A stretch of DNA of 64,000 nt, taken from Cenococcum geophilum (lineage: Eukaryota). Every line of letters begins with the position of its first letter. The stretch's first letter is position 1. The notes under the pieces were generated by a model. The model did no database searches. It had not been told where the DNA came from and worked only from the letters and a program-made list of their open reading frames with translations. Shown here one piece after another: positions 23,701 through 36,395 of the stretch. Both the position numbers and the translations under genes were made by a program. The stretch is taken from assembly GCA_050273025.1 (NCBI GenBank), contig CP158636.1, positions 10,726,001-10,790,000 on the forward strand, read 5' to 3'.

Positions 23701-26700
23701 ATAGACGCCTAGTTAGACTAAGGCGGGAGCTAAGCTTAAATTGGAAGTAAGCTTAGGATTAAAGAATTTAAGGGACTAAGAATTCGGAGTATAAATAAGG
23801 ACACCTATAAGTAAGAGGCAAGGGGCTTCTTTATAGATTAGAGAATCTATAATATAAACAGCAGTTAGACTAGGAGACAGATATATAGACCTAGAGGACT
23901 TACTAGGGGAACGTAGTGTTCAGCCTAAAGATTAAAAGTTTAATACTAAGATTAAGAAGTATAAAGACTTTAAGGATCCACTTATAAGACGCGAAAGAAA
24001 AGAAACTATAGAAGAATTTAGAGTAAGAATTACCTTATGGCAAGAATAGAAACTAGATAAGAGATTTAGTATATTAGGACGTATAAGGGATAGAGCGTTA
24101 GTACGAAGAATTACTAATAGGCCGAAAGTAGGCATACTAAGAGCTAAGTGGCTTACTAAACTGGAATAAGAAGAGGATTTAGGGATTCTAACTAGGTTTG
24201 AGGAATAATACATAAAAGGTTATTACGACGTAGCAATAAAAAGATACTTCTTAACGGACAGACCGTATATACTTAAGCAGCTGTACTAAAAGTAGTATAG
24301 GTAAAGGCACAATAATAAGTAGGAAGATTTCTATATATAGTTGGATGAAAAAGTTGTCTAAGACCACCTGATTATAGAAAAGGCTATAACTTATATTAAG
24401 GGAGCCTTAATTATAACGTTAAAGGATCTAGAGGAGTAATTAGAGGATTAGAGAAGTAAAAGGCGAATCTTAGTACCTATAAACGGAGTCGCAACGCTCA
24501 GATTAATACGAGAAAGGTTTAAACTTAAGGATAAAGACGAGCCAAGAGTTAACCTAAAACACTAAATATATTATACACTATTATAAATAGCATACGTGGA
24601 TAATGCGTGTAATATGTATAGAGCACTAAAGGATAAAAATTGGAAGTATTTAATAAGGATATATTAAATAACGGATAAGACGAAATATTAAAACGCTAAG
24701 TATATATATAGTTGGCACCTAGTAGAAGTTTAAGAATAAGGGGACTTAATACTTTAACCAGAAAGATTCCTTACGGAAGAATGCCTAGATAGATAACAGT
24801 GGTAGGAATATTTAGAAAACACCTGTCTATAGTATATTAAAGATAAAAAGCGAATTAAGTATTAGCCTAAGTTAGACCAAGTATAAATAGGATTAAGTAG
24901 CCAATAATTAGGAAAAGTAGAGGCCTATAAAACTAGAGGGAACTAGTAGTAGAGCCTTAGACCCTTAAAGGAATTTAAAGACGACACCTAAATTTATAAG
25001 TTAAGTAGTAAGATTAACAGTTTAAGGCACTAATAGATAGTAAAGTAATAAGGAACCATATCTTATTAGTAGCAGTTAAAAGAATAGGGTTACTATATAA
25101 ATAGAAGGAACACCCTTACCTATTAGTGATAATTTTAGGAGATCTGATAGCCTATAGAGGAGGTATTATTAATCTTAAAATAGGACCTATTTAGTTAACC
25201 ATTAAAGGAAGACTAGTTAAGATGTCTTTCGACATATTACCATTAGGGAATAATAAGGTAGTGTTAGGAATACCTTAGTTACAGGAATATAATCTAAAGA
25301 TTAATTAGATTATAGGTTAGGTTAATATTAGAGATACTTAATAATATAAGATATAATAACAAACTAAGATAGTATAGTACTAAGTCGGAGCAACATATAA
25401 AGAGACTAATTAAGGATTAAGTTATATACTAAAGAGATACCATAAATACGGCAAAAAACTATGGTCACTAGAAAGTAAGAAGCTATTAGAGTATATAGCA
25501 TAGGATTATAAGATAGAATTAGAACTAGAAATAAGTCTAAGGTTCTTTCCAATCTATAAGCTTACTAAAGAGAAAGGCAGAGCACTTAAAGAGTTTATCT
25601 AAGAAAACTTATAAAAGGGATATATTAGACTATTATAGTTATTAGCGGGTTATCTAGTACTGTTTGTACTAAAGAAAAATAGCAAACTAAGGCTGTATAT
25701 TAACTATAGGCAGTTAAATAGCATCACTAGGAAGGATAGGTATCCTTTACCCTTAATTAGCAAAATCTAAGACAGGATCGGCAATGCGCAAATCTTTATA
25801 AAGATAGATCTAAGATGGGCGTACTATTAGATTAGGATTAAGGAAGGTAATAAATAAAAGGCAGCCTTTAGGTTAAAGGAAGGACTATATAAACCATTAG
25901 TTATATAATTCGGGCTTATAAACGCACTAGCAACGTTTTAGAAGTAAATTAATAATATATTAAGAGAACACTTAAATAAATTTGTTATGGTATACCTTAA
26001 TAATATTATTATCTACTTAATAACTAAGGAAGAATACGGAAAATATATTAAATAGGTCTTAGAGAGACTATAAGAAGAATAAATGCTAGTAGTAATTAAG
26101 AAATGCGAGTTCTTCACTAGGAAGACTGATTTTATTAGATTTATTATTAAACTAAGCCAACTTAGTATAGATCTAAAGAAGATTAAGGCTATAGTAAATT
26201 AGTAGGAACTAGAGAACGTTATATAGTTAAGATTATTCCTAGGGTTTTGTAATTACTGCAGAAGGTTTATAGCGTAATGGTTAAAAGATATTAAGCCATT
26301 TACGCGGTTAACGAAGAAAGAAAAACTATAGGCATGGGGAAAGGAATAATAAGAACTATTTAAGGAAGTTAAAAGGTTATTTACCTAAGAGCTAGTTCTT
26401 AAGATCTATTAACTAGGACTAGAAATGGTTATAGAAATAGACGTATTAGACTTTACACTAGGAGTATGCTTTATATAAAAGCATTTAGATAGATGGCATC
26501 CAGTGGCATACTATAGTAGGAAGATAATACTACTAGAACTGAACTATAACATCTATAACAAGGAGTTATTAGGTATAGTTACAGCACTAAAGGAATAGAG
26601 AGCATTCTTGCAAAGAATAGAAAAACTATTTATGGTTAGAACGGACTATAAGAACCTAATAGGATTCCTAATAATAAAGGAACTTAACTAAAGATAGGTT

Positions 26701-27802
26701 AGATAGGCAGAGATACTTATAGAATACTATTTTAAGATTTAGTATACTAAGGGTATAGAGAATGCACGAGCAGATGCTCTAAGTAAAAAGGCTAAACTAT
26801 AAAATAACGAAAAGCCATTAGGGGCTTTATTGCGAAAGGATATAGACGGATTAATTAGGTATAATTATCCGAAAATTGCAGTAACACGAGAAGAAAAAAT
26901 CCATAAATTACTAGAGAGTAATTGGATATAGAAGATCTAAGAAGTATAGGCAGAGGATCCGGACGTAGAGTAGTATGAAAATTAAGAAGTAATATACGTG
27001 CTAAGATCCATTGCAAAGGAGTTTATTAAGTTATTTTATAAAGAACTAACTTAAGAACACAACGGAGCTATAGGCTTAGTGTTAAGACTTTAAAAGGAGT
27101 ATATTATTAACGGAATCTAGGGATTAGTAAGATAAGTTATAAGGAAATGTTTAGATTGCTAGAGAAATAAACTAACAAGGTATAAGCCATATAGAGGGCT
27201 ATAACCTATTAAAATACTAGAGAGACTATAGGAGGTTATATTATAGGACTTTATTATTAAGTTACTAAAATTAAAAGACCCTATTACCGGACAAGATTAT
27301 AACGCGATTTTAGTAATAGTAGATAAGCTTACGAAGTAAGAATACTTTATAGCCTATATAGAAGAAATCTTAGCGGAAGATATCGCTAGAATCTATGTTA
27401 AAGAAGTGTTTATAAGATATAGAGCACTAAGCAAAATCATATTAGATAGAGATCTAAGATTTATAGCAGCATTTTAAGAAGTGTTCTTAGCAGAGTAAGG
27501 AGTTTAAGTAGTAACTTCTACCGCATATTATCTATAGACAGACGGTTAAATAGAAAGACTAAATTAGATACTAGAGCAGTATCTAAGGCATTATGTTAAT
27601 TATGTATAAAATAATTAGGTATCGCTATTACTAGTTATACAATTTGCATACAATATAACACTATAAGAAGGAATGGGCACGTTACTATTTAAGGCGAATT
27701 ATGGATATAAGCTAAGGATATTATTATTGCTATAATAAGCAAAGAAGATAAGTAGTAAAGCTAAGTAAAGAATGGAGACTTTAATAAATCTTTATGCAGA
27801 CC

Positions 27803-30800
27803 TGTTAACCGTGACGGGTACTGTCAGACATCAGCTTTAGATTTATCTCGACCTGGTTTTAATCTAGTTTCACCAATTCTCTAGGGACCCCTATGGGGGG
27901 TACTACCTCATGTATATATAGTTTTTTTCCTTTATAGTTTAAATAGATAGAGTCCTTAATCTTACCTTATAATCGGTGTACGGATTACTAATCGACAGTT
28001 ATAAGCCTGGGTGACTTGCCATATTGTACCTGTTAATTTAATTAACCCTATCCCTTATTAAATACTTTATTTGTCCTTACAAGCACCTTTTAATATGACT
28101 TTTTAAGCTACCTAAGCTGTTACTATAATGGTGATATTATTAAACCAAGCTGATTGGGACAAATGGATTAACCTTATTAGGCTTTAAGCTTAAATAGGAG
28201 ACGTATAGGAATACGTCAACCCCTTAACTAAATAGGATTAGTTGCCCTATTTGCTTAAACCAGTCTTTCCTAGGCCTTAAGATATAAAGATAAGAACGAC
28301 CTTATATGTAGCTCTCTCTAAGGACGAGAAGGACGAGCTTTAAATTCTCCGTAAGAGGTATAAGATAGTAAAGAAGGAATATAAGAAGCAGAAGGCAGCT
28401 TTAACCTCCCTACGAAGCTATATCACTGGTATAGTGGCTAGGAACCTTAACACCTATATACTGGGTATCGACTCGGTATATAACACCCTAGTGGCTTTTA
28501 AGGAGAGGGTTGCCCCTACCAATATAGCACGTAAGCTGTACCTATCCACTTAATATACTAAGGTTAAAAAGGGCCTAAAGAACTAGAACTTTGAGGCCTG
28601 GCTATAGTAGTAGGAGAAGATATATAACGACTGCAAAAAGATTAAATTGCTAGACGTAAACGGCAACTAAGCGATTAGAGACTTTCTGCTAGCTATAGAG
28701 CCAGTATTACCAAACTAGGCTTTAATGTAGAGGGTTAAATTCGATAAATATGACTAGGCTAGTAACTAGATAATATCTATAGATTAACTAGTCAAAATAT
28801 ATTGGAACTATTAATAAATAGAGACTGCCCAAAAGAGAAGGGATTAACTTAGTGCTAATGTAGTGGGCTTCTAGGGCGAGTTAATTAACAAATCTTGTAA
28901 AGACGAGGCTTCTAAGGACAAGGCTCCTAAGAATAAGGCCCCTACTATACCATCTAGGACGTTAAAGAAGAAAGATACCCTGATGTGCTACTACGGAGAT
29001 ATTTACTAGTTTCCGGATTATCCTTATATTAACGAATCGGTTTAATTAAAGGATTAGAAATTTAATAAAGCCACAGCTATAAAAGTTAAGGAAAGGATTA
29101 TAAGTGTATTAGATTGGACTAAGTTAAAGATTAAGAAGATAAGGAAGGAGGCTTTAGGTAAGGAAGCTTTATAAAAGGAAGCCGTACGGAACCTAGACGG
29201 AAGTTAAAAGGAAGATAACTACGGTATCTTCGCTATATACTAAGTAGGCGCCTATAACGCAGGTTCTAACTACAAGCTATACAATAGCGTTATTCTTAAC
29301 AACAGAACCACAATATACGTTATTAACGATTAATTAAGATTCGTTAATAAGCTCCAACTAAGTAATAACTTTATATACGCCGGAACGGGCCTAGATCCAG
29401 TTAAGGGCATAGGGATAGTAGTAGTTACGATTTAGACGCTAGCAGGCCCTAAGAGGATCCTACTGGTTAATGTAGCATATATACCAGCGTTCTATACGAA
29501 TTTGGCCTGTCTAGATAGGTTTAATAATAAGAACATATAGTGGGATAATAAAAAGAACCTACTATATCACAAAGACGATTATAAGACATTCGCCTATTAC
29601 GGGCGACATTATAACTAAAACACGCTTAAATACAATAAGCCAAAAGCCTCATTTGCAATCTAATCGCGAGACCCCCTTCCTAATTAAGAAGTAGTAGAAA
29701 GGCTCTAGTACAAGAGACTGGGTTATACAGGACCCGACGCGATTAAGCATCTACCTTAGGAGGTAGGTGGTGCGAAGCTTTGAGGACCAGCGACAATCGA
29801 ATGTAAATCCTATACTGTCAGTAAGGCTCACGAAATTGTATTAAGAAGAGCACCTACTAATAAGGCAACGAGGCCCTTCTACCGAGTGCATATCGACTTA
29901 TTCTAGGAGATCGTGGCATATAACGGTTACAAATGGACGATACATTTCTATAACGAATTTCTGCGAATGAACGAGGTGGAGACCTTTGCCCGAAAGTTGT
30001 TGTCGATGCAAGCAATTATACGATATTTGAATAGGGTGAAGCGTTAATATAATTAGAAGATTATAGTCATCCGAGTCAATAGCGAGACCTCCCTTAGTGG
30101 CGACTTCTATAGTTAGACGAACCAAGAAGGAATCACAGTAGAGTAATCGGCTCTATATATGAAGTCTTAGAACGGTTCTGCTAAACGTTTTAGGGGGGTA
30201 ATTATTATTAAGTCTCATTATATATAAATTAAAGCTCAATTACCAGAAGAGCTCTAGCTAGAGATTATTAGAGCTGTAGCGTATTTAATTAATTAGACAC
30301 CGAACGCCTAGCTCAGCTAGATAACACCTTTTAAAAAGCTTTAGTTAGCACTAGGGCTCTCGCCATTAAAGCTAAATATAGCTCATTTATGTATATACGG
30401 CTGCAGAGCTTACCCGCTTAAATATAACCTCCTACGTACTTAAAAGCTTAAGCTAAGAGCTTACATTAGATACCTAGTTAGGTACTAGTTAATAAATATC
30501 TTCAGGGTCTATATACCCAGTGAAAAGAAGGTAATTTGAATAAGAGACGTAATATTTAATGAGCAGTTGCTCTATAACAACGGTCAGCCAAATCTCGCGA
30601 ATCTGCTCCAAAAACGCGCTGATCAAATTTTGGAGGTAATTAATATATCGCATATTAATAGGACGCTTTAGGAAGAGCTTAACGAAACGTTAGATAAGGA
30701 CGATAAGACTTTAGATAAGATTTAAGTAAAAAACGGTGGAAATTAACAGGCAGATTCTAGTGGAAATTAAGACTAAGCGACTAATTAAGACAATAACGTA

Positions 30801-32980
30801 GTAAGCTTATAAACCTTAAAGGACAATTTCCTACCTGCCCTTCCTACCCTAGACGAGATGCTAGAACCTCAGTCGATTCCTACCAAAGAATCCTTAAGCT
30901 CCTTAGCTCCCTCCACCCGTTGACGACCGCATTACGAATATATACCTATAGAGGATGACTTAAAGGATAAAGACGGCGCAGCCGTTAAGGAAGACAATAT
31001 TATAAAAGGTAAACAATTAAGGAGGCTACCTAAACAATACATAGCTCATTTAACTTACCTTAAAGAGGTAGATAGCTTTAAAGCGCTTTAGGTAGCCTTC
31101 CACGTAGGCCTAAAATATTATAGGAAAATCTATCACGATAAGCTACTACCTCCGCCTAAGAACTGGAAGGAGCTTATAAGACACCAGTATAGGGAAGATT
31201 TCCTTACTGCTGCTATAAAAGAGTATACTAACCTAGAGGGTCGTAGAACATTCAAGGTCGTAGATAAGACTCCATTAGTTAAAACAGTGCCTATTACCTG
31301 GAGATTTACCTATAAAACGGACACTAACGGATATCTAACGAAGTTTAAGGCATAACTCTATGTGAGAGGCGATCTACAAGAGTCAATATATAAGGACACC
31401 TATACGGCAACTCTGGCAGCTAAGGTCTTTAGGGCTCTCATAACAGTCATCGTAGTATTCGATTTGGACGTTTGGCAGGGCAACGCTGTTAACGCATTCG
31501 CGAACAGCTTAATTAACGAAATAGTCTATATTAAGTGTCCAGATAGATTTACCATTAAGGGCAAATATCTACTACTACGTAAAGCTCTCTACGGACTTCG
31601 ACGATCGCCGCGCCTCTAATATAACGACTTAAGTTAGGAACTGACTAAATTGGGGTTGAAGCCTATTAGCGGAGAGCCGTGTCTCTACTATAACGATCGG
31701 CTGATTGTGTTCTTCTATATGGATAATATCTATGCCGTAAGCACCAAGGGGAACCAGTTAGAGCTTTTAAGCTTTAAGACTGCGCTTATAAAGAAATACG
31801 AGATAAAGGACCTAGGAGAACTGTCCTGGTTCCTAGGAATTCAAGTCCTAAGAGACAGGAGTTAGAGGAAGCTATAGCTCTATCAAGACTCCTATATTAA
31901 GAAGATCGCTAATAACTTTTATTTAACTAACATGCGCTTAGTTAGTACACCTATAAGCACTAACGGGCTCCTACCGAACCTAGAGGAAGCTTTAAATTAA
32001 GACACCTACGTCTACCAGAGGATGATTGGATTACTCCTCTACGCGACCTGTATTACGAGACCTGATGCAGCTTAAGCTTTAAGCAAGCTGTCGGAATTTC
32101 TACGAAATCCCTTACCCCTCTACGACGCCGCAGCTTGTCGAGCGATTGCCTACCTCTATTAGACAAGGACTCTCGTGATTAAATACTTAGGACATAGTAT
32201 AGGGAGTTAAGTCTTTACGGGAGCAAGTAACGCAGCGTTTAGAGATAACTTAATAAGTAGACGTAGTACGGAAGGATATCTATTTACCCTATTCGGGGGA
32301 CCAATTAACTGGCGCTCTACTAAGCAGACGTTAGTAACGAAGTTAAGCACTAAGGTAGAGCTTATAGCTCTGTCACATACAGGCACGGAATTAATCTAGT
32401 AGAGTCGCTTCTTTAAAGAAATCGGATTGACCTTAGATAATAGGCAGACGATTAACTGCGACAATCTATAGATGATTTAACTGCTTATAAAAGACGGACT
32501 AGAGCTATTTATAAAGCTCCGACACGTTGATATACACTACTACTAGTTACGTTAAGAGGTATATAATAATTAAATTAAGATTAATTAGACGCCTACTGCA
32601 GCAATGGTAGTAGACGGCCTAACTAAAGCTCTGCTAAGGCAGAAGCACGAGACATTTATTTATTAATTGAACCTAGTTGATATTAAGGAGAGGATCTAAA
32701 TTGATAAAGGTAAATTTAACTTAACACCATGCCAAGACTTGTGATATAGCTTTAACCTATAGGACAGCTTAAAGCTAGGGGGGTATGTCGACTGTAACGG
32801 GTACTGTCAGATATTAGCTTTAGATTTGTCTTGACCTGGTTTTAATCTAGTTTCACCAATTCTCTAGGGACCCCTATGGGGGGTACTACCTCATATATAT
32901 ATAGTTTTTTTCCTTTATAGTTTGAATAGACAGAGTCCTCAATCTTACCTTATAATTGGTGCACGGACTACCGATCGATA
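27803..32980 (+). mobile_element. Ty1/Copia element D (RIP-inactivated), inserted in the integrase C-terminal region of C
   Basis: 195-bp LTRs 27803-27997 and 32786-32980, TSD AGACC, PBS-like GTTATAAGCC, PPT GGGGGGTA. gag-PR-IN-RT-RH order; RT fragments LRKALYGLRRSP and FFYMDNI (YVDD). Confidence 0.93.
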
Positions 32981-33341
32981 AGACCTTATAGAGACAGCTA
33001 AGGTAGTATAGCAGAAAATAAAGAAATACTATAATACTAAGAGATCTAAGGGACCAGATCTTAAGGAGGGGGATAAAGTATAGCTACTATACAAAAATTT
33101 TAAAAGTTAATAACTAAGCAAGAAGTTGGACTACGTTAGACTAGGACCTTTTAAAATTGTTTAGAAAATTTCACTAGTTACGTTTAAGTTAAACCTACTA
33201 GCTAAAATAAAGATCTACCTTATACAGCATATCGCAATACTAGAGCCAGCATATAGGAATATTAAGCCACTAGTCTATAAAGCAGATATATATAGAGGAT
33301 AGGAAGAAGATAAATAGTAAGTTTTAAAGATCGTTAGTTAT

Positions 33342-35633
33342 TGTGGGTATCACCTAGGGGGGTACTGCAATTGCAATATGAGGTAACAGGTTCTTTGATT
33401 CATTCGTCTCTTCTTTATCTACTAAAAGAGAAAGAAAGGGGTAGTAAAGGTCGGGCTATCTATCGGGCCGTAGGTGGTTAGGTGATCTACACTACGCCAT
33501 ACGGGCCCTACCATATACGCTCCACGCTATTCATCTAGTGACAATATTTACAACCCCTACTCGTACAGACACTGGCGACATTTACAAAAAAGGAAAGAAG
33601 AAGAAAGTACAAAAGAGAAGTATATAGGTCAATAGGTGCTCAGGGCAGTAATCGCGGATGTCTCGGGTATTGCGAATATTACGGATATTACAGACGTTGC
33701 GGATATCGTTACGGATATTGCGGATATTGCGGATATCGTGAACATTGCGGATATTACGGTGGAAACAGGTAGGCGCGTATAAGGTGTTACTGGGGTATCC
33801 CGTAACAGAGCGTAGTTAAAGTTAGAACCAAAGGTGTGGCGGCTTCGGAAGGTATAAAAGTTGTTGTAGACTATAGGGGAGAGCAGGTAGAAGGGCTGAT
33901 AACCAAGCATTATATAAGGTTGTTCCTCCTCCTAGGTCTAGTTGCTGTTGTCGGGTAAATTGCAATAGGGTATACTGCTATTTGCCAGGTTGCTAAGGGT
34001 TGTACTGCCACTGCTGGGCAGGCTGCTGAAAATTGTACTGTTGCTAGGGTATAAGTGCAACAGGTAGTTAAGGTGTTATAGGGATATTCGTAGAGGGAGC
34101 TATAACGTTTGTTGAGGGGACCGTGACGTTCGCAGGCGGGGCCGTGACGTTTATAGGCGGAGCTTGCGCAGACGGAGCTTGCGCGGACGGGGCTTGTGTA
34201 GGCGGAGCTTGCGCGGACAGAGCTTGCGTGGACGGGGCTTGCGTGGGCGGAGGTTTGTGCGAGCTTGGCTGCCATAGATCCTTAGCTTTGGTTAAGGAAG
34301 AGGGTAAAACTAGCGGAGCTTGCGCGGACGAGGCTTGTATAGGCGGAGCTTGTGCAGGCAGAGCTGTGACGTTCGTAGGTAAGGGAAGCTCGGCTATAGG
34401 AAGGTTATTTAAGACAGCTAAAGCTAGAGCAGTAGACAACATTAAGGGAGTTAATAAACGTGATTTAAGGCGGTAGTTTATGGCATACGAATTGAAGGGT
34501 CCTTCGTTGTTAATGAATAGTTTAATTTCTTTATCTAACCATTCCGTACGGTCGTCCTCGTGAGCGACGTTGTATAGTGCTTGTGGTACTGACTTGCTCT
34601 TTTTGTTAAAGACCCATACTTCATTACGTCGGAGCAGTTATTTAAGTCTTTTAATTGCAGACCTATTAGCGTCCTTAAATGTTTATACCTTAAAATTATT
34701 AAAGTCCTCTTGGTATAAATCCCATAAGCTTTTATCTTTAAAGTTATAGCTAGTGTACTTATTAATTTTGAAATTAATGTAGTTAGTAACGTCTTCTGCG
34801 GTAGTCTCGCTAGTTAGGGTAATCCCGTTAGCCCAGTTTGGACGTTTGATTGACATAATGACTAGCGTAGATTATAGTGTTCGTGGCTTGTAAAGGCCGT
34901 AGGAAGGAAGGGGATACGCTAGCGTTTAGGGCGTGCTGTTGACGTAGTTTTCGACGTGGCAGATCTACGAGGAAGGTAGTAGACGGTGTCGGGGTTATAG
35001 GGGGTGCTGCTGACGCTGCTGGGTTGTAGGGTGTACTGGCGCTCAGTAAAGAGGTCGTACTGGGTATTGATTTGCGTGGTGGACGCGAACCGGACGAAGC
35101 CTTGGTAGGAGCTAGTTCTTTGAGTTCCCAGGGCCTTGGTAGGAAGGGTTCTCCTTAGTAAACGCGACGTGATTGACGGGCCTTGGTAGGAGCGATCGCG
35201 TATCATCTCTCGAGTGGTTGTTTTGTGTGATAGACGCGAACCGAACGAAGCCTTAGTAGGAGTCGGTTCTTTAAGTTCCCAGGGCCTATATAGGAAGGGT
35301 TCTCCTTAGCAAACGCTACGTGATCGACGGGCCTTGGTAGGAGCAATCGCGTGTCGTCTCTCTTCGTAATAACACCTGGCTGATCTGTGATATTAACTAA
35401 TCAGTGTGGGTATCACCTGGGGGGTACTGCAATTGCAATATGAGGTAACAGGTTCTTTAATTCATTCGTCTCTTCTTTATCTACTAAAAGAGAAAGAAAG
35501 GGGTAGTAAAGGTCGGGCTATCTATCGGGCCGTAGGTAGTCAGGTGATCTACACTACGCCATACGGGCCCTGCTGCATACGCTCCACGCTATTCATCTAG
35601 TGACGATATTTACAACCCCTACTCGTACAGACA
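33342..35633 (-). mobile_element. Non-autonomous 2.3-kb LTR element E with a gag-like ORF relic only, inserted in the chromodomain of C
   Basis: ~230-bp LTRs 33342-33571 and 35405-35633, TSD GTTAT. Minus-strand ORF relic from ATG 34856 (MSIKRPNW..SLWDLYQEDF) running into 15-bp AQAPP/AQASS repeats; no pol. Confidence 0.88.
34150..34360 (-). repeat. 15-bp minisatellite encoding AQAP(P/S)-type pentapeptides in element E
   Basis: Repeated GGCGGAGCTTGCGC / GACGGGGCTTGCGT units. Confidence 0.85.
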
Positions 35634-35726
35634 GTTATAAAGACATTAACAATAAAATATAGTATAAGGTAAAGTGGATAGGCTATAATAAGACTACCTA
35701 GGAACTACTAAAAAATTTAAAGAATA

Positions 35727-36395
35727 CTATAAGAAAGGTACAGGAGTATTGGAAGCAAAAAAGTTAGGTAATATTAATAAAGAAGGATCGCTAAAGAACG
35801 AGTTACCTAAGGGGGACCTAGGAAGAGCGACTACCGAACTACTTAAAGTTATTTCCTTTACTATAGAAAGAGAGTTAGTTCTCTTATTACTAAGTTCCTG
35901 TAGACTTTGTTTTACAAGTTTCCACTCCTTAAAATAAACCTTTTTACGCACCTTCTTAAGACGGATTAACCGAGTGGACGCAGTAAGACGAGAGTTAAGG
36001 GCACGTTGTTAAGCATCAGCAGCCTCCTTTTTAGCGTTACGAGAATAATGAAGTTCCGCTAGAGTAATAGACAGTTTATTATTAAGCTTTATAGTAGTAG
36101 ATTAAATACAAGACCCTATAATAAATTACTTAGGGAACTTAACGACTATTAAGAGTAATAGGATATATATACTTAGCGTTAGAAATAAAACGAACGTCGC
36201 AGAGCAATTAAACGTTTACTTTAGTGCACTCTAAATAAGAGAACGATTGCCAAGACGAAGGACTCGCTAACGTAATATAGACTAACCCCTCTTTCGCATA
36301 ATAAGAATATAGAGACAGCATTATCTTACCAAGCGACAGTATGGACGAAACTGTACGCGTATAACGGAGAGTTAAAGAAAAAGAAGATGCTTTAG
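35727..36395 (-). pseudogene. Antisense extra ORF of Gypsy C: Cys6 zinc-cluster-like motif plus coiled coil, probably one intron; RIP-damaged
   Basis: Read: MLSLYSYYAKEGLVYITLASPSSWQSFSYLECTKVNV*LLCDV; reversing TAT>TGT gives C-x2-C-x6-C-x13-C-x2-C-x8-C. Downstream helical segment LAELHYSRNAKKEAADA..RLKKVRKKV. Confidence 0.55.
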
